DNA of 64,000 nt from Strigamia acuminata (Eukaryota). Below are positions 1 to 12,800 of this stretch, in pieces (the stretch's first letter is position 1; each line of letters starts with the position of its first letter). The notes beneath the pieces are model-generated. The model saw nothing but the letters and a program-made list of their open reading frames with translations. It did not search any database and was not told where the DNA came from. The position numbers and the translations under genes were made by a program. The DNA lies in the NCBI GenBank assembly GCA_949358305.1, contig OX442314.1, positions 7,130,001 to 7,194,000 on the forward strand, read 5' to 3'.

Positions 1-3000
1 CAGCATTTGACTTTTTCCTCCTGTGAACCTGTCATTGGTAATTTAAATATCACAACTATTACTAAACATGCACTCACACCAAGAATAAAAAATCCACATG
101 TCTAGGCATAGGGTTTCAGTTTCGGGAAACCGGGGTACCAATTTCCCGAGAATCCCGGTGAGAAATCACGGTACCGGGAACCGGGAAATTGGAGAAAAAC
201 CAGTTCCGTCAAAAATTCGTTGCTGAAACGTCATTTTCGTCATTGAAACGTTACATTTTGTAATGTTTCAATGATAAAAATAGACAATTTTTAACAAAAA
301 ATTGCTAAAAATGGCTTAAAATGGCTATTTTTGACCAAAAACAGCCATTCTTGATCAAAAACGTCCATTTTTGACGGAAAATGGCCATTCTTGACGAAAA
401 ACGGCCACTTTTGATGGAAAACGGGTATTTTTACCATGAAAATGGGTATTTTTACCATGAAAATGGCTATTTTTGACGAAAAACAGCCACTTTTGATGGA
501 AAACAGCAGCAATTTTTACCATGAAAAATGGCTAAAAATGGCTATTTTTGACGAAAAACGGCCATATTTTGCCTTTTTTTCGCCTCTCGCCTGACCTTTT
601 TTAGTCCCGGGAGTACCGGCCATTTTGGTACCGGGAACCAGGAATTTTAAAAAGGCGGGAAAACAGAAACCCTATCTAGGCAGCATGCAGCCAATAGACA
701 ATCAACTGACCATACTGCGCACGGAATTGTGGGAAGCGACATTGGCAGTTATCTAGTTCTTTGGCAATTATCTAATTCACACAACTGGATTAGAATTATC
801 TAGTTTAAAAATTTTTAAACTAGATAAATTTTGGACTAAATGCGTTTGCATTAAGAACTAGAACTAGATTTAATGATACGCTAGCCCAATTTTAGCTGCA
901 TGCCATGGTTTATCAGGTTTTTGAAATCTAGTGTGTCTTTGTTTTCAATTTGGACCTCTATACCTGAAATTCCATCCATAATCAGAAGTTTCCCTGTCCA
1001 TGAGTGTCATTTCCACGCTAGGTGCACTACACGTAGGTCTGTTCCAGCAATCTCGGACTCTTCTGTATACATTGCGTGTGTAGAAGCTCTCAAAACTCTG
1101 GTACAGTGGAACAAAACCCTACGAAAATATATGAATAACAATTATGTCACCAGAAAGAAGCAGGTCACAATCAAGGCCCAGATGTTGGATTACAAAACCA
1201 CCAATTAAAACAACACTTTTGGAGCGGCAACTCTTTGTCCAGAAATACGAAAGCAAACGACATTTTCGTATTTCCCGCCAAAATGGTCGATTTGCCACTG
1301 CACCATAAGAGCATCATCATTTCACAATCCACCCAACATAATAGACCGATACATTCATCCTTGTGGCAAGAATTGGAATTAATCATTTCAATTTCAGCAG
1401 CAAGCAGAGATTACAACAATTTTGATGACCACAATTATTTGGTTAGGATTTGGAAAGATTTTGATGATTATTATAATAAAAAAGTGGAAAATATTTTAAC
1501 TTTTGTCCAATTTTCGACAAAAAATTCAAAATTTTTATAAAACGTAAAGATTCAAATTTCGGAGATTCGGAACGGGATTCGAAAGTCCATGTCAGAGATT
1601 CATTCGAATGTCGTGCCCCCCTCACATCCTGAAACTACATTTCAACACCAGAGTGTCACCCGATACTTCACATACAGTCAAAACTCTTTATAACGAATCG
1701 CGATATAACAAATTATCCATATAACACTTTGTCCCGAACAAAATAATAGCATCACGTGGGAGCCGCTTAACGTGCTAACTTTCCAACCAGACCTTTCAAT
1801 CCCTCGTCCTTGATGGATCATCTTCAAATTATTCAAGACCTTCGCATCATTCTATGGAGACCGACTAATTAGAATAAGCTTCATCAGTGCCAATTTTCTC
1901 TTTATCAGCCACATGTGCCAGATTGAGGGAACACTCAATAGGTTAAGTAATTAATGATGCAAAACAAAAAAGGGCAACGAAATTACACAATCAAACTTCA
2001 CACGTGTTAAATTCCAGAAATAGATTTCAATCGTTGTCTCATTTTCTCAAATTCTGCAACAATTCTCAAAAACTCTGATTATAAATTTTCAAAAATGCAA
2101 ATCTGCAAAAATCCCCATTCTTTCGCAAAAAATCGGTGATTTTTGGGGGACCCGGCGCTTAATCAAGGCCGGCGCCAATTCCGTAAATCGCAGATATGTT
2201 TATGTGTGGAAAAAAGTGACTTGAAATCGAAAGAAAAATTAATGTCGTCACCTCATGTCCAACCTCGACGGCTGAACGGACCGTTTCCAACTTGCAGCGA
2301 ATAAGGAAATCGCGTAAATATCCAAACAACACCAACACAGCGTAGCCTAAGTATGTACAAATTGCCACTGGAAGGGTTGGTTGCTGGTAATCTTCTGTTG
2401 CAACACTGGTATTTGAGTTGGCCTTAATGGAAACCTTCTGAAAAAAAAATAAAAACAAAATCAATAATATCTTGTATTTTAAGTTAGTATTTAAGTTCGC
2501 CGCATGGGCGCTATCAATGTTCATGTTTTTCGCGCCTCTCGAATATATTCAACGATTTTTATCCAAATACAACAAATATATGGGCTCATCGTGTATTTCT
2601 GCGTAGAAATAGATGGAGAAACAACGTGTTGAATCAACGGCGACGGCAAACGGAGGGACGAAACACGCGGATTGTTTAAATAGGCCTAAAAAGATGCAAG
2701 CAGAAACGTGATCGCGGATGGTGAGTCTTACCGAAGTATTCGGCACAATCGAACTCAGCTTCCTGAGCCCAAAAGGGACGACAAGGAATCTGGTGAATTT
2801 TAGTGTGTGCTGCAGTGACCCGCTCATCACTGAGCACCGCGCCATCAGGCGCTTCTCGTGATTCTGGGATGATTTTATCGCCAATTTTCTACAACGAAGC
2901 TGAACGTTTTGTGCAATTGTTGGATCTTTGCAAGATTGTCGCAAACAGTGTTATTGTTGTTTAAATATTAGGGAAAAATTGTTGGAAAATCCCAATAGAG

Positions 3001-5741
3001 TGTGCTGTTACTTCTTACAAATTTTATCTTTTCCTATTTGATGAGGTAACACGCCTCATCAATCATATTATATATTTGCAACAGTTTCTATATAGATTAC
3101 ATCATTCTTGAAACAAACTTGACATTTTCTAGATAAAACACAGCGTATATCCTGATAAGTAACAAAATCTACAGATAAAAAGACCTAAATGTTATTAATT
3201 GTCCCATCCAATATTTATGTTGCTTAATGAATTGCTCATCACATGTTTGCAAAAAAAATCTGCGCTAGTTTTTTATTTAATGAAAACATTTAATGCAAAC
3301 TCTTAAGCGAAAGAAGTTAATTAAAACAGGATTGTGCCTGTTTCAGAAATAACTGCTTACAAATCTGACACCTCAGTAAATACCGATGTCTCAAATTACA
3401 AGTACCAGTACCACACAGGCGCAAGAAGCATGCACATAGAGAGCCTCGTTATCACATATACTCTGGCGTACTATAAGAGTGGCCTTTCTCCCATTGGCCG
3501 AGCCATTTTACTGGCGTATTGATACAAAAAATAGACCAAAACACCAGAATTGCATTTAGATGTCCAGACATTGCAATCGATTACCAATTGTTAGGAAATT
3601 GTTTGCTTTCCTGACAAAGCAACCAATAAACTAAACAAAATTATATTACGAAATGCAAACAACCTAAACATTATTTTATGAATTAAAAAAACATTTTATT
3701 GTAAAATACAAATACACTTTCATCATTTTAATCATTAGAATAATCAAAAAAATTAAGAAAAAAAACAAAACTACTTTTGCTGGTGGTATGACACAGTCTA
3801 CAGTTAGTAGTAATGAGACTGGGCCAATGGGAGAAAAACCACCTGCCAGAGTGTAGACCTCCTGAACAGGATGACCAGACATCCCAGTTTCGAATGATTT
3901 GTTCCGGCGTCCCAAAAAACTTTCTCGGTGAATGCATCGAGAAAGTTCTTGGCAGTTCTAATTCTGGCATTTGAACGAAGACATTTTTTCCAGTTTTCAC
4001 GGCTAATTTTTTGACAAATTGTGTATTGTCCATGTTGTTTTATATACCAAATCTGGTCACCCTGCAAGGCCTCCATCCTAACTCATTTCATTGACGATAA
4101 TCCCTACTGCCGCATGGGATTCCTTTCCTGTGAGAACTACAAGTAACTAAACTCCACCCACAAAGGCCTCATGCTCAAATTTACCACCAGGCCTGCAAAC
4201 AGGGCCACTGCGTATGGGTATGCAGGGCTGGAGTGGGAACGAATTTACTACCGGAAAATCTGGACAAGTCGGACCACGGAACAAATTCGAAAAAGTGAAC
4301 GGAACTATTAGTTCAAGTTCGTGAACTTGAACTTAGTTCACTTTGGATTGGAAAAAATTAGAGTGAACGTGAACGCGTTCACATGGTCATGAACGCAAGC
4401 TTGAACGTGTTCACAATTTAGTGAACGAGCTACAACACTGTCCAGCACTGCCCGCAAATTTCCAGGCTCTGCAGGGCCCCGGCATCGCCAGGGGCCCTGT
4501 GACCAGCTGCCCCTGAGCACAGGTCGCTGCACTGCAACAGCAATGCACTTGGCGCAGCTCCAGGGCCTCTCGTCTCTCGCGCAAGCCTGTTGCGGTCCTC
4601 CGCAACCAGGTGGAGCTGTGGGCCCTTGATTGGTAGAATCGGGCCCCGGAAGTCGCCCCTTCCGGAAGTGGGTGGGCCCCGTAGGGACCCACGAGTTGTT
4701 CAGCAACCAGCAAGGTAAACGGTCGCTTCTGTGATCGCTCCCGAAACTGGCTGTGAAGATAACCAAAACGATCGGTGTGGCGACGCTGTCGCCCACCGGG
4801 ACCTGAAGGTCCAGTTGCGCCACGTCCGCCATGCGTTCTCCGTAACTTACGGCGGTGTGGCCCAAACCGTTAACCGACCACGCGTATCATGACGGCCAAT
4901 GCTGTCTGATTAGGGCTAGTTCCAGGAACCATCGCATTAGGGAAATACACCATGGGACACTGCATCATACCCCTAGACAACTAATAAAGCCATACTCAAA
5001 ACTATATTGTGTCTCCGTGTATTTCGTGGGTAGAATTCATCGTCTGTGTTGCGTCCGAACACTCACAGCCCCACAACAACTAAAACATCTTATCTAACCA
5101 GAGTATGTTTTTGAACAATCAAAGAAGATTAAACCTAGAATTTCACCCAATAAATACTTTTTTGGCCAAAGAATGAAATTCTTTCTTCCTTATCAAGGAA
5201 TGTAAACAAACAAGTATAACAAACATTATTGCCAACCTTAAGTCAACAATTGTTATCACTCTTTTATCATTGATCAAGTTTCCCAATGCAGATGTTAACA
5301 TTAAATCTACACAAATAAACGGACACTATTATACTTAAAACAAGGTCATTGAGTATTACATGGACCTGAACCAAGAGCCCCAGTGTTCCCACCCTTTCTT
5401 CTTATATAACAACAAAACAACAAACAAAATGTCTACCATTGTTCAAACTCAGCTGGTGTTTAGTCACCAAGTGAACTTTTTGCTCTTTGGATAAACAGAT
5501 GCAGGAAAAAAATTAAAAAATTGAAAAATTTGAAATTTTTTGGGAGGAAAAAAATTGAATTTTTCAATTTTTTTGGTTTTTTTTTAACTGAAATTAATTA
5601 ATTTTTTGATTTTTGAATTATTTTTTTTTTTACCTTTTTCCGGGAATTGAAGGCATGGCCGTTGGAATGTGCTTTGAATCCATGACGAAGTTGATGATTG
5701 ACGTTATTTGAATGCAAATCGTTAGTTAATTGAGTGACCAT
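1..5741 (-). CDS. SPTLC2: Serine palmitoyltransferase LCB2 subunit (SPTLC2/3-like), paralogue A, 5' part; continues beyond the window edge
   Basis: Phase-compatible GT-AG exons: 5741-5634 (MVTQLTND...SRKK, start inferred), 2437-2252 (...PTLPVAICTYLGYAVLVLFGYLRDFL...EVGHE), 1118-964 (GFVPLYQSFESFYTRNVYRRVRDCWNRPTCSAPS...DYGWNF), 28-1 (RFTGGKSQML). Intron positions and the 155-nt exon match paralogue B. Confidence 0.88.
109..674. mobile_element. hAT-type MITE with internal ~21-bp minisatellite
   Basis: TIRs TAGGGTTTC(A/T)GTTT...AAACAGAAACCCTA; perfect 8-bp target-site duplication TCTAGGCA at 101-108 and 675-682. Confidence 0.85.
4223..4450. mobile_element. Nested MITE fragments: CAGGGCTGG family carrying an inverted piece of the CAGTGTTGTA family
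   Basis: Starts cagggctggagtgggaac and ends tccagcactg, like the GT31-intron MITE. 4416-4440 is the reverse complement (1 mismatch) of the left end of the 40356-40992 MITE. Confidence 0.6.
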
Positions 5742-6825
5742 TCCGAGTTTGTACTTGCCCTTCACTTGGCACCGACCACACGCCGAGGGATTCACCACAT
5801 AAGCGCGCACTTGCCACTTCCACTCACTCGTTCATTCCGCTTTGATCGTCGAGCTGCGATTGGTCGAAATATATACAATAACAAGCACCGAGCAACCTCC
5901 GGTTCCCGCGAGTTCCCGTTCCAAACCCAAAAAACAAACTAAACGTGACATCATACAACATCCTAATCACATCCACTCTCCGAGAATTCATGACGCGATA
6001 ACAACTCATCGCCATTTTTTCCAACGAAAATGGCGAAACACTAACATCATCAAAATTCCAACATTTTCTCACTTTTTCAGCAAATAAAACGATAAAAAAA
6101 TTCACAATAAACACAAATTATAGATCGCTAGGCTATTTATTGTAAACAGTGTACTACATCTTCACTTTTTTCAAAATGAACTCAAATAATTCTTGAATAA
6201 AAAACAAAACAAAAAACAAAAACCTAACATGTAATAAGTTAGACGAATCAAAATACGGTTAAACCAGTTAACAAATCAAGGAAAATAAACAAATGACGAT
6301 GGAGAATGCTCGATGAAAGCAGTAGTTTCGTTATTCAACTTTACTTTATCCCCAAACTCGTGATAAATACTAAAAAAAAAAAAAAAATAATAATAACAAT
6401 AACTTTCTTTAGGAGATCACGGACTCATTTTTCTCTCGTTGTGAACATTAAATAAAATTCACTACGACTGTTGACATGTGTCAAACATTAATCTAAAAAT
6501 TCACCATGTAAGAAAAAGATCGCCTCGGTCAGCGAATGACCACTTGCAAAAAGGAATGACAAAAAAAACGCCTTTTTCAATATTTTTTTTACATTTTTGG
6601 TGCAAAAATACACGCACCGATCAAAAAGGAGGCGTTTTAATACAGCAATTCATTCTTTTTCAACGCAGAATGCTCAAAAGGTTCATTCCATTGGAAATGT
6701 TGTTATTATTAAACAATTTATTTAATTTTTTTTGTTTTTTTTAATTTCATTTTCTTTTTGATTAATTTTTTGTTGTTGTTGTTGTTGTTCCTTTAAATGT
6801 TTGTTTGCTAAAACTGTTTACTACG

Positions 6826-9800
6826 TCATTCTTCGTTTTCCTTGATATTTGGTGGCAGCCAGCAATTTTGATTGGAATATTTTAATCTCAGTAGATCGCC
6901 CACTTCATCAAGAGTAGCTAAAGTCTAAAAATAAAATTTAAAAAAATTAAAAATTAAAAAAAAATTAACTAAAATAATAAATAATTGTGTATTTTGATGT
7001 TATAATTCATTAAAAGTCGATTAATTGAAAAAAAAAGTTAAATATCGATTTTTTTTTTCAAAGTCGTCATTTTCGACGGAAAATTCTGATCGGTGCTGCC
7101 GCGCGCGAATCGTCATGCGCGGCAACAATGACATCAAAACTCCGTACAAAACAAAATCTCCAAAAAAATAATTTCCTAAAAAAAATTTGATCCTATAACT
7201 CATTAAAAGTTGTTTACAATCAAATTATTCAATAAAATAATCAAAATTTTTTTTTTATTAAAATTCGTCGCTTTCGACGGGATTTGTGATCAGCGCTGCC
7301 GCGCGCGAGTGGTCGTGCGCGGCAGCAATGTGATCAAATCCCCGTAGATGTTGTTGTACCTTTTCTAGCATTTCTGTAGTGTGCGCGGCTGATAGACAAA
7401 ATCTAGCTCGGCCTTTCAGTAAATGGCATGCCGGGAATGCAACGCCAATCGCCGCGATGCCGCGTGCGGTTAGTTCCCGCATAAAAGCTCTGTGGGGAAA
7501 TGAGAGAAATGTTGTAAAAAGTGTACTGGGGGATCGGATGGGTGCATTTTGGATTTACAAAATTTTCGAGGGTAGATAGAGGAGAAGAGGCACGACGGGC
7601 GAGTCCTCGTGACCGTAGACGATGAAGCCCATTTCCTTTAACCGTTGGCGGAAAAAGCGAGTATTCCTAGCCAGTTGTTGAATTCGTTTTTGTCCTAAAA
7701 AATGAAAAATAAACTTAAAATAAATGGAAAGAAATGGAAAGAAAGTGGGTTAAAGTAGAAAAATAAATGCGAAAAAATGCGAAAAAGATGAAAAAAATGC
7801 AAGAAAAAAGGGAAAATAAATGCAATAAAATTAAAATAAAATAAATTAGATTGAAATAAATGCGAAAAAATAAAAATAAATGCGAACAAATGAAAATAAA
7901 TGCGAAAAAATGCAAAAAAGATGAGAGAAAATGCAAGAAAAAAGGGAAAATAAATCCAATAAAAATAAAATAAATTAAAATAAATGCAAAAAAATGAAAA
8001 AAAATTAAAATAAATGCAAAAAAATGAAAATAAATGCGAAAAAATGAAAATAAATGCGAAAAATGAAAATAAATGCGATAAAATAAAAATAAATGAGAAA
8101 AAAATGAAAATAAATGCGAAAAATAAAAATAAATGCAGAAAAATGAGAAAAAATGCAAGAAAAATTGGAAAATAAATGCAATAAAAATGAAAAAAAATAA
8201 AAAAAATGCAAAAAAATGAAAATAAATGCGAAAAAATGAAAATAAATGCGAAAAATGAAAATAAATGCGATAAAATAAAAATAAATGAGAAAAAAATGAA
8301 AATAAATGCGAAAAATAAAAATAAATGCAGAAAAATGAGAAAAAATGCAAAAAATTTGGAAAATAAAGGCCAAAAAACAAAAATAAATGAAAAAAAATTG
8401 GAAAATAAAGGCCAAAAAATGAAAATATATGAAAAAAAATGGAAAATAAAGGCCAAAAAATGAAAATATATGCGATAGAATGTGGCGCAAAAAAATGGAA
8501 TTAATAAATACAAATGAAAAGAACTAGAAATACACGCAAAATAATGCAAAAAAAAAAAAAAAAAAAAAACAACAACAACAAAAAAATGAAAATTTATTTC
8601 TTCTAAATTGTTCACCTTCGCAGGTTCCATCTTCGCCCATCAAAATCCTCATGGAACTGATAACTTGCTGAGCAACCGGTGGCGACATGCAGGTCCCGTA
8701 GAACCAGCTGTGCGACTTGGAGCGAATGTAGTTAACCAAATGCTGCCAAATTTAAAGAGATCAAAAAATTAAAAATAAAAATGCAACGAAAATAAAATCG
8801 ATTTTTGCACCTTAGTTCCACCAATGTATCCGCCCGACGCGCCAAAACTTTTTGTGAAGGTTCCCATCATAATATCAATGTCTTTTGGGTCGCACCCAAA
8901 ATAATCGACTACGCCACGCCCGTTGGGACCCATCGAGCCAATACTGTGAGCTTCGTCCAAATATACATATGCTTTGTACTTCTTTTTTAGTTGAAGTACT
9001 TCTGGAAGAGGAACGACTGTGCCTTCCATGCTGAAATTAACAAATTATATCAAAAATTGTTTCCATTTTATGTACTTTTCGGGAAAAATTAATTTTTTTC
9101 CGAGATTTGATTCAATATTTCGTCAAAAATTAACTCTTTTCATCAATATTTTGTCACAAATTAACTGTTTTCATCAATATTTTGTCGTAAATTAACTGTT
9201 TTCATCAATATTTTGTCACAAATTAACTCTTTTCATCAATATTTCGTCCAAAATTAATTGTTTTCATAAATATTTCGTCCAAAATGAACTTTTTTCATCA
9301 AGATTTCCTCATACTTTAATTTTTTCCGACATTTCATTCAATTTTTCGGACAAAATTAGACAAAATTAATTCTATTAATTAATTTTTCCAACAAATTTAA
9401 TTTTTTCCGATAATTTATTCACTTTTTCCAACAAATTTAATTTTTTCCGATAATTTATTCAATTTTTCAGACAAAATAAATTTTTTCCATCATCTTTTTG
9501 GCCTAAAATTAATTTTTTTCCCGATATTTTATTCAATTCTTCGGACGAAATAAATTTATTTCAATCCATTTTTTCGCCTAAAATTTATTTCAATCCATTT
9601 TTTGGCCAAAAATTTATTTTTTTCCCGATTTTCTAATCAATATATCGGAAAAATTAATCTTTATAATCAATATTTTGCCCGAATTAATTCTTATAATCAA
9701 TATTTTGCCCGAATTAATTTTTATAATCAATATTTTGCCTAAATTAATCTTTCTAATCAATTTTTTGGCCTAAATTAATTTTTTTCCGATTTTTCATTCA

Positions 9801-12800
9801 ATTTTTCAGAAAAAATGAATTTTCTAAGAATAAACTTCTCGCATTTTTCCAAAAAAAAAAAAAAAATATTCTTTTCCGATATTATCAACAAATATTTCCT
9901 CTCCCCTCTTTCCAATACCTATAAACTCCCTCCACGACTATTAAAATTTTCTTCCAAGGCCGATGAGTTCGTGGTTGCCCGTATAAAACAGCGTCCATCA
10001 ACCTCTCTTCTAAATGTTTCATATCTAAAAATCGAACAAAAACCAAATTAATTCACCCAATCACCGAAATCTCAATTCAAAACCGCCATTTTTGTTTCTT
10101 ATTCAGCTCGACAAGCAAACATCCCTTTAAAAATCAATCAAAAACGAAAAAAAAAAAAATGAAACAAGCAGCGTTAAATTCCATGCTAAATGGGCCATAA
10201 AACTTCATCGACAGCAATTAAATAAAAAATAAAATAACCCAAATAAATTATGGCACACTTAAGCCAGGAAACATTACTCGGAAAATCAATAATTCCACTC
10301 AAACTGTCAGTTTAAAAAAAAAGATCTATCAACTTAGATGATTTAAATATTTTTTGCCATTTGCTCCTAGGTTAGGTTTTCAATGCAAAAGTGTTATTTA
10401 TAAGCACACAATTGCAGTTTTATGTGAAAAAGGCATATTTACGCGAGAAAAATGCATATTTACGTTAAAAAATGCATTTTTAGATGAAAAAATGCATTTT
10501 TAGATGAAAAAATGCATTTTTAGATGAAAAAATGCATTTTTAGATGAAAAAATGCAGTTTTTGGTGATCAAATGCATTATTGGGTGAAAAAAATGCAATT
10601 TTTAAGTGAAAAAATGCAATTTTTAAGTGAAAAAATGCAATTTTTAGGTGAAAAAATGAAATTTTTAAGCGAAAAAATGCAGTTTTAGGTAAAAAAAATG
10701 CATTTTTCACCATAAAAATGGATATTATGCACGAAAATGCAATATTATGCACGAAAATGCAATATTATGCACGAAAATGCAATATTATGCACGAAAATGC
10801 AAAATTTGCTGCAAAAATTAATTTTTTAATGCATAAAATACCAATTATTGTGCAAAAATTAATTTTTTTGTGCATAAAAATGCAATTTTTGCCTCAAAAA
10901 TTGATTATTTCACCATTTAAAATGCACAATTTCACAATTTCGATCTCCTTAGTTTGCAATGACACATCAAAAGAGCTGAATAACAAACAAAAGCACCCAC
11001 AAACGCACTGTTATGTTTAAAAGTCCTGACGATTGCACCGGACAGTTTACAGCCGAGTATGAGGGAAGCGTGATTCAACTCGTCGCTTACAATCAAGCAA
11101 CCTTTGCTAACTATTGCAGGAATGTTCATTGAATTGGTCGAAAACCCCATTGCAAATGTGATGCAGTCTTCCACGCCAATGAATCGTGCGGTGAGCTTTT
11201 CTAATTCAGTGTGAATATCCATGGAACCTTTAAAAAAAATAATTTTATTAAATTAATTTTAATTTTTTTTTTTTAATAATTTTTTTTTTATATTTTTTGT
11301 GAGCATTTTCGTACCTATTTCATGTCGGGTGCTGCAAATACCTAAACCATACTTGCTAACGGATAGGGCGGCGGAATCGGTGCAACTTCCTGTGTTTTCG
11401 GCAAAACCTAAATAATTGTAAGACGCCATGTTGAGCAAACGGACTTTTTCGCCGGTTAATCTGGAAAAATTAAATGAGAAATTTTTATTGAGAAATTTTT
11501 GTTATTGTGGTTAAAAATTTAGTTTTTGTCCATTTTTATTTCGTTTGTATCGTTTTTGATTAAATTTTGTCGATTTTGAATCGTTTATATCGATTTTCGG
11601 CTTAAAATTTGTGGATTTTGAATCGTTTATACTGATTTTGATTAAATTTTGTCGATTTTGAATCGTTTATATCGATTTTCCGCTTGAAATTTGTGGATTT
11701 TGAATCGTTTATATCGATTTTCGGCTTAAAATTTGTGGATTTTGAATCGTTTATACTGATTTTGATTAAATTTTGTATATTTTGAATCGTTTATATCGAT
11801 TTTGGTTAAAATTTGTGCATTTTGAATAGTTTTACCGTTTTGAATGTGTAAAATTCGGTATGAAATTTAGTTCAGATCCAATGAATTTTACATCATTTTT
11901 GCTATGAAAATGTGTTAATTTAATTGGATAAGTGTAAAAAGTATTTCGGATTATTTTGGTAAAAAATGATTAAGTTTGAGTTTAGATAAAAAAAAAGTCA
12001 TCAGAAAAATTTTTCAGAAAATTTTGTAGAAATGAGTTTCGATTTAATCTTGTTACATAAAAGTGACGTTTACATTCACTTTTATTGTATAAATATGTGA
12101 TTCAGCAAAAAAAAAAAAATTAATTTCCGAGTGAATGCTGTTATATAAAATCACAAATTCCACATGAAAATTCATAGAAAAAATTACATTTTTAAAAATT
12201 TTCTCGCGATATTCACACATTTTCCACAAATTTTTCACGATTTTCACACATTTTTCGCAATTCCCCTCACATTATTCGTGATTTTCACACATTTTTCTCA
12301 AAATTTTCGTGATTTTCACACATTTTTCTCAAATTTTTCGTGATTTTCACACATTTTTCTCAAATTTTTCGTTATTTTCACACATTTTTCTCAAATTTTT
12401 CGTTATTTTCACAAATTTTTCTTAAAATTTTCTTGACTTTCACACATTTTTCTTAAAATTTTCGCGATTTTCACACACTTTTCTCAAAATTTTCGCGATT
12501 TTCACACATTTTTCTCAAAATTTTCCTGATTTTCACACATTTTTCTCAAATTTTCCTGATTTTCCATATTTTTTCAAACTTTTCCTGATATACCGGGTAC
12601 ACACATTTTTCTCAAAATTTTCACGGTGTTAACACATTTTTCTTAAATAACTCCCCAAAATCCACACAAAACCGACCAAAACCTAAACCAAAAACCATTT
12701 CCGACCCCCCAAATCCCCCAAAAAACCCCAAAAAAACCCCAATCTCCCATTCCAACCTAAAATGCCATCCATAATCCAACGTTTCGCGAACCATCATTGT

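Noticed and set aside
3676..4076. Overlapping minus-strand ORFs in SPTLC2-A intron 1
   Set aside because: No recognisable domain or exon structure; probably decayed repeat.
7695..8630. Phe-rich ORFs of 160-310 aa
   Set aside because: Translations of an intronic A/T minisatellite.
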